The notes below the pieces were generated by a model that did not search any database, was not told the DNA's origin, and saw nothing but the letters and a program-made list of their open reading frames with translations. From Tannerellaceae bacterium (GTDB lineage Bacteria > Bacteroidota > Bacteroidia > Bacteroidales > Tannerellaceae): DNA of 47,786 nucleotides. Both the position numbers and the translations under genes were made by a program. The stretch lies in assembly GCA_036654795.1 (NCBI GenBank), contig JAVVRI010000002.1:1-47786 (forward strand), read 5' to 3'. How positions within the stretch are numbered: the first letter of the stretch is position 1; every line of letters starts with the position of its first letter. Below, piece after piece: positions 7,893 to 17,171 of this stretch.

Positions 7893-9863
7893 TTATTTCT
7901 TAATGATTAGATAGTCACTGTAAGCCTTGTGCGCATTGACCGCCGTGCGGAAACCATCCCAGTCGGAGGGCTCATAGACGCGTTTCTTGAGGGAGAGCTT
8001 TTGTTGCAGCACGATGCGGTCGGCTGTTTGAGCCAGCGAGCCTTCAAAGTCTGCCGCGCTGCTCTGCTTGCTATCTGCCTTGGAGGCATTCAGCAGGGTG
8101 TAGCCTTTGGGCAGTTGGATGGTTTCGTCCAACTCCACGAGGCGGGAGCAAGCGTCCTTAAAGCCGTATTGGCGTTCCTTCAGATTGGTATTGATGCGCA
8201 GGTAAGAGCGTACGCTATTATAAAGATTGTTCATCACCATTGGCTTAAACATCAGCTCTTCCTTGCCGACAATGGCGTAGCCGGGTATCTCGTAGGTAAA
8301 GGTGATTTGGATCGGACCAGCCTGATAGTCTTTCGGGTTCTTACCATAATCCACCCGTAGCAGACGGGCGTTGGGACTGACGGAGAGCAGCTGTTTTTCC
8401 AGCATATTCTGCCAGTCGCTCTGCCAACCGAGAGTAAACATGCGGCGGATGTTGCTGTCCGATTGACCTTCGGCGGTGATGGTGAACTGTCCGTTCAAGG
8501 TGCCTTCGGCGTTCAGTTTGTTGTTCGCCTTAATGCGCAGGTAGTGGTTCTCTGGAGCCGAGACGGGAGTGAGGCAGAGGTCAGACCCTTCGGGTACACC
8601 CGGCAGGTAGTTCTGTTGCTGTTCGGCGCTGCTCCAGAGCTCGCGGCAGAAGGGAACCCACGTCGGATCGAGTGGGGTATAGGTACCGTTGGACAGTTTG
8701 ACCACGGCCACACAGTGGTTGAAGTGGTCGGCAGGAATGCTTTCCACGCGACTACCTGCCATCGTCATGGCGGGGTAGGCTTCGAAGCCCGCCATGCGGA
8801 GGAAGGAGATTAGTGTTCCGGCAATATCCTTGCAGACGCCGGCGCGGTCGGTATAGTTCATCTTCGTGTTATGCAGCGTGAAGCCTTCGCCTTTGCCCAT
8901 CGAGATGCCGGAGTAGCGGATGTTGTCTGCTACCCAGTGGGTGAGGACGGCTATCTTCTCCATCTCAGTGGTCTTACCTTTGATCAGCTCGTCCACCTTC
9001 TTCTGTGCTTCGGGCAGGGCGGCAAAGCTTTTATAGTCTTCATTCACCTTGTTAAACCAAAGTGATTTGTCCTGCCAGCGGGGGGTAGAGCTCATCATAA
9101 GCTTCGGCGCGGCATCGAAAAGACCGACCATGTTGGGCTCCTGTCGGACGGGCATCAGGTCGTTCGTTGCGAAGGTGTAGGCCTTTCGTCCCTCTTCGTA
9201 GCGCATCGAGGAGGCGCACTCGCCTTGATAGAATTGGAACTGCATCTCCTTCTCCATCGGGATGGAGACGCGATAGACTTTGCGCACTGTCGGCTCTGTT
9301 GCCCAGAAGGGCACGATGTCGTAAAATTGTCCTTGCATCGGAGGGATGAAGCGGGAATCATCGTCTCCCGTCTCTGTCCCGGTCAGCAAGGCGTAAGTGA
9401 AACCTTTCTTGTCGATCCGGTAGTCCACGATGTCGCCCGGCTCAAGGCGTCCCACTTCGAGCATGATCTGGCGCGCCCCCCAATAGATGGCGCGGGCAGG
9501 GGCGGCATAATCCTTGGCTGCCGTTACGTCCAGATTGACCACGTCGCCATTGGCACGATAGATCGTAGCCCGCCCGAAGGAGGCGTAGGCCGTCAGCGGA
9601 TCGTAGTCGTACTTGATAATCCTATTGGCCACTGCTCCGGCTGTGGTCATTACTTTAAACGTCCGGCAGACGGCAAAGGTGCCTGAGCCGGTTGGCTGTA
9701 CATTGACAGAGGTACTGTCCAGCAACGTCACGCAGTCGAAGCCGGCGTAATGCTGTTGATGTTGAATGGTCGGATCCTGCGGCGTCCGACAACTCTCCCC
9801 GCTCTGTCCGTATGCTGACGAGAGGGCGAGTAGCGAGAGAAGAATAGTGTTAATCTGCTTCAT
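7893..9863 (-). CDS. Secreted DUF3857 + transglutaminase-like cysteine-protease-fold protein
   Basis: 656 aa with signal peptide MKQINTILLSLLALSSAYGQ. The transglutaminase core is present: RAGVCKDIAGTLISFLRMAGFEAYPAM (Cys), FNHCVAVVK (His) and PLDPTW (Asp). Confidence 0.75.
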   Translation of the reverse strand: MKQINTILLSLLALSSAYGQSGESCRTPQDPTIQHQQHYAGFDCVTLLDSTSVNVQPTGSGTFAVCRTFKVMTTAGAVANRIIKYDYDPLTAYASFGRATIYRANGDVVNLDVTAAKDYAAPARAIYWGARQIMLEVGRLEPGDIVDYRIDKKGFTYALLTGTETGDDDSRFIPPMQGQFYDIVPFWATEPTVRKVYRVSIPMEKEMQFQFYQGECASSMRYEEGRKAYTFATNDLMPVRQEPNMVGLFDAAPKLMMSSTPRWQDKSLWFNKVNEDYKSFAALPEAQKKVDELIKGKTTEMEKIAVLTHWVADNIRYSGISMGKGEGFTLHNTKMNYTDRAGVCKDIAGTLISFLRMAGFEAYPAMTMAGSRVESIPADHFNHCVAVVKLSNGTYTPLDPTWVPFCRELWSSAEQQQNYLPGVPEGSDLCLTPVSAPENHYLRIKANNKLNAEGTLNGQFTITAEGQSDSNIRRMFTLGWQSDWQNMLEKQLLSVSPNARLLRVDYGKNPKDYQAGPIQITFTYEIPGYAIVGKEELMFKPMVMNNLYNSVRSYLRINTNLKERQYGFKDACSRLVELDETIQLPKGYTLLNASKADSKQSSAADFEGSLAQTADRIVLQQKLSLKKRVYEPSDWDGFRTAVNAHKAYSDYLIIKK

Positions 9864-9870
9864 TAAGTTA

Positions 9871-9972
9871 TTATTTAAGATTTACTTGTTCGTTGATAAT
9901 GGTTTCTATAGCTACAATAAAGTCGGCGGCTTTGGGCAACAATTCGGTTACCTCTTCGGCTGGTCGTCTCAT
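9871..9972 (-). CDS. Possible 33-aa leader ORF in front of the DUF3857 gene
   Basis: Hand translation gives MRRPAEEVTELLPKAADFIVAIETIINEQVNLK. ATG 9972 lies 20 nt downstream of a -7 box, and the TAA stop ends 7 nt before the DUF3857 ATG. It could equally be untranslated 5' leader. Confidence 0.25.
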   Translation of the reverse strand: MRRPAEEVTELLPKAADFIVAIETIINEQVNLK

Positions 9973-9992
9973 GGTTATTTGTTTTAATTCAA

Positions 9993-10000
9993 CAAATATA
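9993..10000 (-). promoter_or_regulatory. Candidate -7 box (TATATTTG on the minus strand) for the DUF3857/DUF3858/GH84 operon
   Basis: Plus-strand CAAATATA is the reverse complement TATATTTG, a perfect TAnnTTTG. Confidence 0.4.
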
Positions 10001-10108
10001 CATCATTATTCTTTACGGTCTTGCTCTGGATGTGGCTTTTTTGGTGGATGGTTGATTGGTATGAAAGTATAATCAGTGAATTTGGTTGCTGAAACCGTAA
10101 TTCGTCTA

Positions 10109-10139
10109 TTGTTCAACCTTGGGGTAGTCCCTAATTTTG
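10109..10139 (+). promoter_or_regulatory. Candidate promoter of the DUF418 gene
   Basis: TAATTTTG at 10132-10139 fits TAnnTTTG, and a TTG at 10109-10111 lies 20 bp upstream. The box overlaps the TTG start (10137) used by the ORF track, which favours ATG 10161 as the real start. Confidence 0.45.
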
Positions 10140-10160
10140 CAGCATAAAAATCATAAAAGA

Positions 10161-11435
10161 ATGAAACAAGAAAAAGCTATCACCATTCCCCTCCGTCGAA
10201 TTACAGTTATTGATGCTTTAAGAGGATTTGCTCTGCTGGGTGTAATCGTTACGCATATGCTGCAACATTACGGTATTTTTTCATTTTCGGCAGTAGAAGC
10301 AGGGGAGGCTCTCTTTCCAGAAATGGATGCAATCATCCAATGGCTGCTGAGGAATGTGATCATGGGAAAGTTTATTAATATTTTTGCATTTCTGTTTGGA
10401 TTAAGCTTTTTTATACAGATGGATTCCGCGGCAAAGAAAGGAGTTGATTTTCGCCAACGTTTCCTGTGGCGTATGGCGATACTGTTCATTATCGGAATGG
10501 TGGGAAACTGTTTCTATACAGGCGACATACTGTCTATTTATGCTGTGTTTGGGGTGTTGATGGTGGCTCTTTACAGAGTGCGAAACCGGACACTCATTCT
10601 TTTAATATTACTTTTACTCGTTGGCGTTCCACGTATAACAACAGCGACTTACGAGTTGATGAGCGTAAAAACAGAGCAGGTAGTGAACACTGAAACCCGC
10701 CCTTCGATGCAATCTTCAACGCAACGGAGAGAAGAACCTTCATTTCTGAACTCGGCAAAAGAGAATCTGACAAGAGGATTGCAGGGGAAGATGAATTATC
10801 AATTCGGCTTTTATGGGCGCGGATACCTTACGCTGGCTCTCTTTATCTTTGGATTTATAGTCGGACGTTTGCGCTTTTTCGAGGAGGTTCACTTACAAAG
10901 ACGGCGAAACGGGATTCTATTTGTCAGCTTTGTTGTTGCAATTGTAGCAATCAATATAATCCTTGGCCTTTTACCTGAACCTCCGTCAAACCGTATGTTT
11001 ATGACTGGGATAAGAGATGGCAACCTAGACGCTTCGCTATTGGCAACAATGGCTCTGATTGACATTAAAAGTGCACTTTTCTCCGGAGCGCTGTCCATGG
11101 GATTTATTACGCTTTATCAAATTAAAAGCATCGGAAGATGTTTGAACGTAATTTCTCCATACGGACGAATGGGCTTGACAAATTATGAGATGCAGAGCGT
11201 TATCGGCTGCCTGCTATTCTCGGCGTGGGGCTGCGGCTCTATATTCGGTCACTGGGGAACAACAGCAGTATTCGCACTGGCGTTGATTGTTTATGCCTTG
11301 CAAGTGGTTGTGAGTAAATATTGGTTGAAATGTTATCTATACGGACCGCTTGAATGGTTATGGCGTTCTGTCACCTACCTGAAATTGCAACCCTTTAATC
11401 GGACAGGGCACACGTTTTCGGGAGGAAAGCAGTAG
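10161..11435 (+). CDS. DUF418/YeiB-like multi-pass membrane protein
   Basis: The ORF track gives 10137..11435 from a TTG. I prefer ATG 10161 (MKQEKAITIP...). RITVIDALRGFALLGV and many hydrophobic helices are typical of DUF418 proteins. Confidence 0.7.
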   Translation: MKQEKAITIPLRRITVIDALRGFALLGVIVTHMLQHYGIFSFSAVEAGEALFPEMDAIIQWLLRNVIMGKFINIFAFLFGLSFFIQMDSAAKKGVDFRQRFLWRMAILFIIGMVGNCFYTGDILSIYAVFGVLMVALYRVRNRTLILLILLLLVGVPRITTATYELMSVKTEQVVNTETRPSMQSSTQRREEPSFLNSAKENLTRGLQGKMNYQFGFYGRGYLTLALFIFGFIVGRLRFFEEVHLQRRRNGILFVSFVVAIVAINIILGLLPEPPSNRMFMTGIRDGNLDASLLATMALIDIKSALFSGALSMGFITLYQIKSIGRCLNVISPYGRMGLTNYEMQSVIGCLLFSAWGCGSIFGHWGTTAVFALALIVYALQVVVSKYWLKCYLYGPLEWLWRSVTYLKLQPFNRTGHTFSGGKQ

Positions 11436-11478
11436 TGTGCTGCCAGCGCAGATGATCAAAGCTTCTCGATTTGTATGT

Positions 11479-11526
11479 TTTGAACTAACGATTGGCATCA
11501 AAAGTACTAATAGTTCGGATGAATGA
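11479..11526 (+). repeat. Copy A of a 41-bp (extended about 48-bp) repeat, 8 nt beyond the menE stop
   Basis: TTTGAACTAACGATTGGCATCAAAAGTACTAATAGTTCGGA (11479-11519). By hand alignment it is 37/41 identical to the reverse complement of 21784-21824. The adjoining TGAATGA is also shared. Confidence 0.8.
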
Positions 11527-11527
11527 C

Positions 11528-12550
11528 TTACTCTGTTACGATTCGTCGGCAGGTTGCCCTGTCTATTTTACCATTGCCGGTGAGGGGGAGGGAGGAGACT
11601 GTGACAATCTGCTTCGGTCTGTCATAACCCGGAAAGAGATGGGTTAGCAGTACGCTGAGGGAAGTTGTATCCACAGGTGCCTCTACGAGTAGTACAACAG
11701 ATTCGCCAAGGCGTGCATCCGGTCGGGCAGTGATGGCAAATGGGGTCGTAATGTAGGGGCGGAGTATTGCTTCTACCGTTTCAGCCTGCACTTTAATGCC
11801 ACCTGTGTTGATGGTGTTGTCTTTTCTACCTAAAATGATGAAGCTACCGTCCGGAAGGAGGCGGGCGATGTCATTTGTCACCAACCTTTCGCTACAGACC
11901 ATCGGAGCGTCTATCACTAACGCATCGTCTGGTGTGAGGCTGAGGCGGACGGAAGGGAGGGGCGTATAGGCGGCGGAGGCGTCTGGTCCGTTCAGGCGGC
12001 GGAGGGCGATGTGGGAGAGGGTCTCCGTCATGCCATACGTGGAGTAGACGGGGTTTGGCAGGGTGCGGATCTCGGCCTCGAGTGTTGCGTCGATAGCACC
12101 GCCCCCGATGATAAGCCGTCTGATGCGGGCAAGGCGCCTGCGCTCTTCAGGCACGCGAAGGCTGTTATAGACTTGGAGGGGAATCATGGCGGCAAGGTCG
12201 ATCCATTCGTCCATCTCTTTGAGCGGACGGCCGCCGGGGCTGACGACGACGAGGCGCAGACCGCTGACGAGGGCGCGGACGACCATCATCTTGCCGGCGA
12301 TGTATCGGAGGGGCATACAGAGAAGCGCTGCCTCACCCGCTCGAAGGTTGAGGTATGCGGCCGTTTGAAGGGCGCTTTGGCGCATCTGCTCTTTGCGGAC
12401 GGTGTATGGTTTGGGCGTCCCGGTGGAGCCGGAGGTATGCACTGTCACAGTCTCCGATGTGTCTGTCCATTCCGTGAGGAAGGTTTCCAGCTCATTCCGG
12501 AAGGCGGCTGTAAGGGCTGTGGGGGTTATGATCGTTGGTCTCTTTTCCAT
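11528..12550 (-). CDS. menE: O-succinylbenzoate-CoA ligase (short Bacteroidales type)
   Basis: 340 aa. AMP-binding motifs TSGSTGTPKP and YGMTET are present. It is the last gene of the men operon. Confidence 0.8.
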   Translation of the reverse strand: MEKRPTIITPTALTAAFRNELETFLTEWTDTSETVTVHTSGSTGTPKPYTVRKEQMRQSALQTAAYLNLRAGEAALLCMPLRYIAGKMMVVRALVSGLRLVVVSPGGRPLKEMDEWIDLAAMIPLQVYNSLRVPEERRRLARIRRLIIGGGAIDATLEAEIRTLPNPVYSTYGMTETLSHIALRRLNGPDASAAYTPLPSVRLSLTPDDALVIDAPMVCSERLVTNDIARLLPDGSFIILGRKDNTINTGGIKVQAETVEAILRPYITTPFAITARPDARLGESVVLLVEAPVDTTSLSVLLTHLFPGYDRPKQIVTVSSLPLTGNGKIDRATCRRIVTE

Positions 12551-12553
12551 GCT

Positions 12554-13588
12554 TTACTTCTTTTCTTTGTACCACAGCGAACCTCCGACGACGACGAGCG
12601 GCAGATCTATATTATCTGTAAACAAAGCTCCCGTGCCCAGTCCTTGCGGCAGCGGGTTATTCTGCGTTGCGCACCATTGGGCGATGGCATTAAGGCCGAT
12701 GTTCGACTCGAGTGCGCTCGTTGCCCACCAACCGATGTTGCGACGGGCGGCCTCGCCGATCCACTCCTCCGAGCCGACGAATCCACCGACGAGTGAGGGT
12801 TTGAGGATGATGTATTGCGGGCGGATGGCGTCCAGCAGGACTGCTTTCTCCGCCGGTGTGTTGTGGTCGATCAGCTCCTCGTCCAGCGCGATGGGCAGGG
12901 GGCTGCGGGCGGCGAGGCGAGCCATCTCTTCCCATTGCCCGGCGCGTATGGGCTGCTCGATGGAGTGCAGTTTCATTTTGGCGAGTCTTTCGAGCTTCTT
13001 CATGGCATCGGCGGGGGTGAAGGCGCCATTGGCGTCTACCCTCAGCTCGATGTCTTTGGGGCTGAATCGGCGGCGGATGTAATGAAGGAGGTCTATCTCA
13101 TCATCGAAATTGATGGCGCCTATCTTGAGCTTGATGCAGTTGAAGCCTGCCTCCAGCTTCTTTTTGATCTGTTCCAGCATGGCGTGTTGCGGCCCCATCC
13201 AGATGAGTCCGTTGATGGGGGTGCCGGCTTCTCCGCGCGAGAAGGGGGTGTCCCAAAGGGCGAAGTCGTTCGTCTGATAATGGCGTATAGCCGTCTCGAG
13301 CCCGAACAAGATGGAGGGATAGGGGCGGAGTGCTTCCACATCCAGCCTGCCTGTAGCCTCGAACGTCTGGCAGGCGTCGGACAATCGTTGCCCGTAGTCC
13401 GACACATCGTCGCAACTGAGGTTGGGCAGCGGCGCACATTCGCCTATGCCTGTGCGTCCGGGTTCTTCGTCGGACGTGAGGTGCACATACCAGCTGTTTC
13501 GCAGGGTGTAGACACCTCGCGAAGTGCCGGCCGCTTGCTTGAAGTGCAGGGTGCGGGGCACGATCTGCAGGTGATAGTGCGGCATCAT
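12554..13588 (-). CDS. menC: o-Succinylbenzoate synthase (enolase superfamily)
   Basis: 344 aa. MR/MLE-type motifs are present: [29 protein letters not shown] and IALDEEL. Its ATG overlaps the menB stop (ATGA). Confidence 0.8.
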   Translation of the reverse strand: MMPHYHLQIVPRTLHFKQAAGTSRGVYTLRNSWYVHLTSDEEPGRTGIGECAPLPNLSCDDVSDYGQRLSDACQTFEATGRLDVEALRPYPSILFGLETAIRHYQTNDFALWDTPFSRGEAGTPINGLIWMGPQHAMLEQIKKKLEAGFNCIKLKIGAINFDDEIDLLHYIRRRFSPKDIELRVDANGAFTPADAMKKLERLAKMKLHSIEQPIRAGQWEEMARLAARSPLPIALDEELIDHNTPAEKAVLLDAIRPQYIILKPSLVGGFVGSEEWIGEAARRNIGWWATSALESNIGLNAIAQWCATQNNPLPQGLGTGALFTDNIDLPLVVVGGSLWYKEKK

Positions 13589-14409
13589 GGGAACTTGGGG
13601 TAATCTTCGAAGCGAGGGCGGCGTTTCTCGAGAAAAGCTTTGCCACCTTCCTGTGCCTCGTCGGTCATGTAATAGAGCATTGTCGCGTCTCCGGCCAGCT
13701 CTTGAATGCCGGCTTGGCCATCCAGCTCGGCGTTCAGTCCGGCTTTGATCATGCGCAGGGCGAGCGGACTGAGCAGCATCATCTCTTCAGACCACTCTAC
13801 GTATTCATCTTCCAGCTTATCCAGCGGAACCACTTTGTTCACCAGTCCCATGTCTAATGCCTCTTGCGCCGTGTATTTACGGCAGAGAAACCAGATCTCG
13901 CGTGCCTTCTTCTGGCCCACGATGCGGGCTAAATAAGAAGAGCCGAAGCCGGCGTCGAAGCTGCCCACACGCGGGCCGGTCTGACCGAAGATGGCATTAT
14001 CGGAAGCGATGGTGAGGTCGCAGACGACGTGCAACACGTGTCCACCCCCAATCGCAAAGCCGTTTACCGCCGCAACGACTGGCTTGGGCATCGACCGGAT
14101 CTGCTTCTGCACGTCCAGCACGTTGAGGCGGGCAACTCCGTCTTTGCCCACATAGCCTCCGTGTCCTTTTACGTTCATATCTCCTCCGGCGCAGAAGGCA
14201 GTATCGCCGGCACCGGTCAGTATAATCACACAGATGTCCGGACGCTCGCGGCAGATGTAGAGGGCGTCGCTCATCTCCGTTGTCGTGGTGGGGGTGAAGG
14301 CGTTACGATAGCGCTCGCGGTTGATGGTGATGCGGGCTATGCCGTGATAGAAATCAAACAGAATCTCTTCATATTCTTTGATGGTTGTCCATTCTCTTGT
14401 TGTTGACAT
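13585..14409 (-). CDS. menB: 1,4-dihydroxy-2-naphthoyl-CoA synthase
   Basis: 274 aa with a crotonase fold. Motifs [13 protein letters not shown] and [24 protein letters not shown] are present. Confidence 0.9.
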   Translation of the reverse strand: MSTTREWTTIKEYEEILFDFYHGIARITINRERYRNAFTPTTTTEMSDALYICRERPDICVIILTGAGDTAFCAGGDMNVKGHGGYVGKDGVARLNVLDVQKQIRSMPKPVVAAVNGFAIGGGHVLHVVCDLTIASDNAIFGQTGPRVGSFDAGFGSSYLARIVGQKKAREIWFLCRKYTAQEALDMGLVNKVVPLDKLEDEYVEWSEEMMLLSPLALRMIKAGLNAELDGQAGIQELAGDATMLYYMTDEAQEGGKAFLEKRRPRFEDYPKFP

Positions 14410-14411
14410 GT

Positions 14412-16079
14412 CTATTCTTGTTTTAATTGATGGTAATATTCTTTCAGTAGGCGTACGTCTTCTGTGCGGTTGGTAAAGACTTCGAGCAGCAGCGGCTTTG
14501 CCTGTGGGGAGGGATCGGCAAGGGCGGTAATGGCCGCTCGCAGTTCCTCCTCATTGTGTGCACTGAGGTAGGCGAAGCCGCGCTCCGTAGCCCAGCCGGT
14601 GGCTGAGGTGGTGTGCTCGGCGGTGACGAAGCGGTGCGTCTCTCCTGTCATTTTGAGGCCGGGCAGTGCTTCAAATATCTCTCCTCCGCCATTGTTAAGC
14701 AGCAGGATGCGTAGGTTTGTTCCGAGGTATCCGTTCCAGAGCGCGTTCATGTCGTAGAAGAAGCTCAGATCGCCTATCACTATAAAGTTTATCTTGTCTG
14801 AAGCGGTGGCATAGCCGATGGCGGTGGATAGTGAGCCTTCAATGCCGCTCGTCCCGCGGTTACAGCATACTTCTACTTCGTCGGGTAGAGGGAAGAGTTG
14901 AGCGTAGCGCACGGTGGAACTGTTGGCCAGATGGAGTGCGGAGGGCGTGGGCAGGGCGGCGATGAGTGCCCCGATAGCTGCCATTTCGGAGTAGGGCAGG
15001 GCGGGTACGGGTAGTGCCTTGGTGCGTTGCTCCCAAAGACGGGGGTATTCGCTCGTCTTATTCTCCATCAGGTAGGCTATCTTTTCGAGAAACTCGAAGG
15101 GATCCATCTCGATGACGGTGGTCAGGCAGCCGTATAAGTCGGCCACAGCTCCGTCTGCTGCCACGTGCCAATGCTCCTTCGGCGGGTGTTGGCGGAGGAA
15201 TTTCTTGAGGCGCTTCGACACGATGTGGCCGCCGTAGGTAATGAGTAGTTCGGGCGTCATCTCGCTCTGTGTCTCGTCGGTGAGGGCGTAGAGGGCGGCG
15301 TCGAAGTTTCGGACGGGGATACCAGGCACGGTCTTGTTTCCAGTGTGTTCCGTTAGCCAAGCAAAGTGCTTGTAGAGCAACTTGGCGTATTTTTTCTCGA
15401 AGAGATAGATGAGGCTCATTTGCCCGACAACGATCATGCGCTTACCGTAATTATTGAGGCGCTCAATGAGCGTATTATATTCCCTGTCGTAGATGTTTAG
15501 CCCTTGATAGCGGGTGATGACGCGCACGGGGAGCAGCTCTTCGGTGGTAAATTGGAAGAGAGGTTCGGAGATGGGTACGTTGATGTGTACCGGTCCCTTC
15601 CCGTGGTGGCTAAGTTCCAGCAAGGCTTCGTTTACAAGGCGGTTGCAGTGCCATTCGTCTTCGTCATTCATGACTTCAGGCAGATTGACCGACTTTTTGA
15701 CTAGCGGGCCGAATATGTCCGGCTGGGGCAGGGTCTGCCCGTCCATCTGTCCGATCCAGGCGGTCGGTCGGTCGGCGGAGATGACGACGAGGGGCACTTG
15801 CTGATAGTAGGCCTCCGCCACGGCGGGGTGGAGGTTGAGCAGCGCCGTGCCGGAGGTGCAGCATACGGCGGCCGGCTGTCCGCCATGCAGCGCCAAGCCG
15901 AGGGCGAAGAAGCCGGCGCTTCGCTCGTCCGTCACCTGATAGCAGGTGAAGTCTGGGTGTGTGGCCAGTGTGTGCACAATAGGCGCGTTGCGGCTACCGG
16001 GGCAAAGTACGATCTTCTTTACACCGTGCTCTTTGAGGAGGGCAACGAGTTGCAGTATGTTTTTCTTGTCTGTGTACAT
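14412..16079 (-). CDS. menD: SEPHCHC synthase (2-succinyl-5-enolpyruvyl-6-hydroxy-3-cyclohexene-1-carboxylate synthase)
   Basis: 555 aa. ThDP-enzyme motifs [12 protein letters not shown]...[10 protein letters not shown] are present. It sits between menF and menB. Confidence 0.9.
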   Translation of the reverse strand: MYTDKKNILQLVALLKEHGVKKIVLCPGSRNAPIVHTLATHPDFTCYQVTDERSAGFFALGLALHGGQPAAVCCTSGTALLNLHPAVAEAYYQQVPLVVISADRPTAWIGQMDGQTLPQPDIFGPLVKKSVNLPEVMNDEDEWHCNRLVNEALLELSHHGKGPVHINVPISEPLFQFTTEELLPVRVITRYQGLNIYDREYNTLIERLNNYGKRMIVVGQMSLIYLFEKKYAKLLYKHFAWLTEHTGNKTVPGIPVRNFDAALYALTDETQSEMTPELLITYGGHIVSKRLKKFLRQHPPKEHWHVAADGAVADLYGCLTTVIEMDPFEFLEKIAYLMENKTSEYPRLWEQRTKALPVPALPYSEMAAIGALIAALPTPSALHLANSSTVRYAQLFPLPDEVEVCCNRGTSGIEGSLSTAIGYATASDKINFIVIGDLSFFYDMNALWNGYLGTNLRILLLNNGGGEIFEALPGLKMTGETHRFVTAEHTTSATGWATERGFAYLSAHNEEELRAAITALADPSPQAKPLLLEVFTNRTEDVRLLKEYYHQLKQE

Positions 16080-16094
16080 AATGTTGTTGTTCTA

Positions 16095-17171
16095 TTATTG
16101 CGTAATACCTAACATGGTTTGCATTTTGTATTCTGTCTCCTGCCACTCCGCGTTGAGGGTAGACGAGGCTAGTAGACCTCCGCCTGCGTAGAGCGTGAGT
16201 TGCCTTTGCCCGATGCACATGCAGCGCAGGTTGACGTAGAGGTCGGTGCGTCCCTCCGGCTCAAGCTGTCCGATGAAGCCTGAGTAGTAGCGGCGGTCGT
16301 ATCCCTCGTGACGGGTGATGAAGTGGTAGGCCTCCTCTTTGGGCAATCCGCATACGGCGGGTGTAGGATGGAGGAGGGCAAGGACGTCGCCCAATGTCCG
16401 GTTGTCCGGTAAGGCGAAATGGAAGTCGCTTCGTAGGTGTGCCAGCGCGGCGGCACGTACGGTGTAAGGCCCCTCTCGGGTGGGGCGGATGCCAAGTGTG
16501 GCAAGTTGCTCCTCAATGTAGGATGCCACGAGGCGCTGCTCTTCGCGGTTTTTGGTATCCCATTCCGTAGGCAAAATTTCGTCTGCGGCGAGGGGTTGTG
16601 TACCGGCTAGAGCGACGGTTTGCCAACGTCCGGCCTCACCGGACAGTAAAATCTCCGGTGTGCCGCCCAGCCATGTCCCGGCAATGGGCGTGTGGCAGAG
16701 GTACACGTAGGAGCGCGTGTATCTTTCCGATGCTGTGAAGAAGGCCTCTGCCGGTGAGAAGCCCTCTGTTCGCTTTATCGTGAGCTTTCGTGAGAGGACA
16801 AGCTTACGGAATCGGCCCTCCTTGACGGGGCGGATGAAGCGGGCGAAGGCGTCGGCGTAGGGGGTGGTCTCAGTCTCGTCGATCTCTTCTAGAGAGGTAG
16901 TGCCGTCATCCGATGTCTTTGCTGATTGTAGTTCGGTGATATCGGGACGGATCAGTAGGATGGGACAGTCTGCCGTCACCCGAAAGGGGGCGATGACGTA
17001 TCCGCTTTGTCCGTTTAGCTCCTCCATGCTGTTAAACAAACAGGCAGAACCGGAGGCTTGCATCACAAAGTGGGGTTGTTGTTCCCCTGGTTGTCTGTAG
17101 ATGGCAAAGCTGCGGTTCTGTCTGATCAAGGTGTCGATGACGCTTTGGTAGTGTGTCTCCTCTTGCGTCAT
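16095..17171 (-). CDS. menF: Isochorismate synthase
   Basis: The chorismate-binding C-terminus carries GGTPE, LHPTPAVCG and YAGGGL. The ORF track extends to 17249. I prefer ATG 17171 (MTQEETHY...), which overlaps the upstream gene's TGA in an ATGA arrangement. Confidence 0.85.
   Translation of the reverse strand: MTQEETHYQSVIDTLIRQNRSFAIYRQPGEQQPHFVMQASGSACLFNSMEELNGQSGYVIAPFRVTADCPILLIRPDITELQSAKTSDDGTTSLEEIDETETTPYADAFARFIRPVKEGRFRKLVLSRKLTIKRTEGFSPAEAFFTASERYTRSYVYLCHTPIAGTWLGGTPEILLSGEAGRWQTVALAGTQPLAADEILPTEWDTKNREEQRLVASYIEEQLATLGIRPTREGPYTVRAAALAHLRSDFHFALPDNRTLGDVLALLHPTPAVCGLPKEEAYHFITRHEGYDRRYYSGFIGQLEPEGRTDLYVNLRCMCIGQRQLTLYAGGGLLASSTLNAEWQETEYKMQTMLGITQ

Noticed and set aside
12011-13646. 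Several long ORFs antisense to, or out of frame with, menE/menC/menB (261, 229, 262, 181 and 105 aa).
   Set aside because: They lie entirely inside well-supported men genes in a GC-rich stretch. They have Arg/Ala/Gly/Pro-rich low-complexity compositions and no recognisable motifs. These are typical shadow ORFs.
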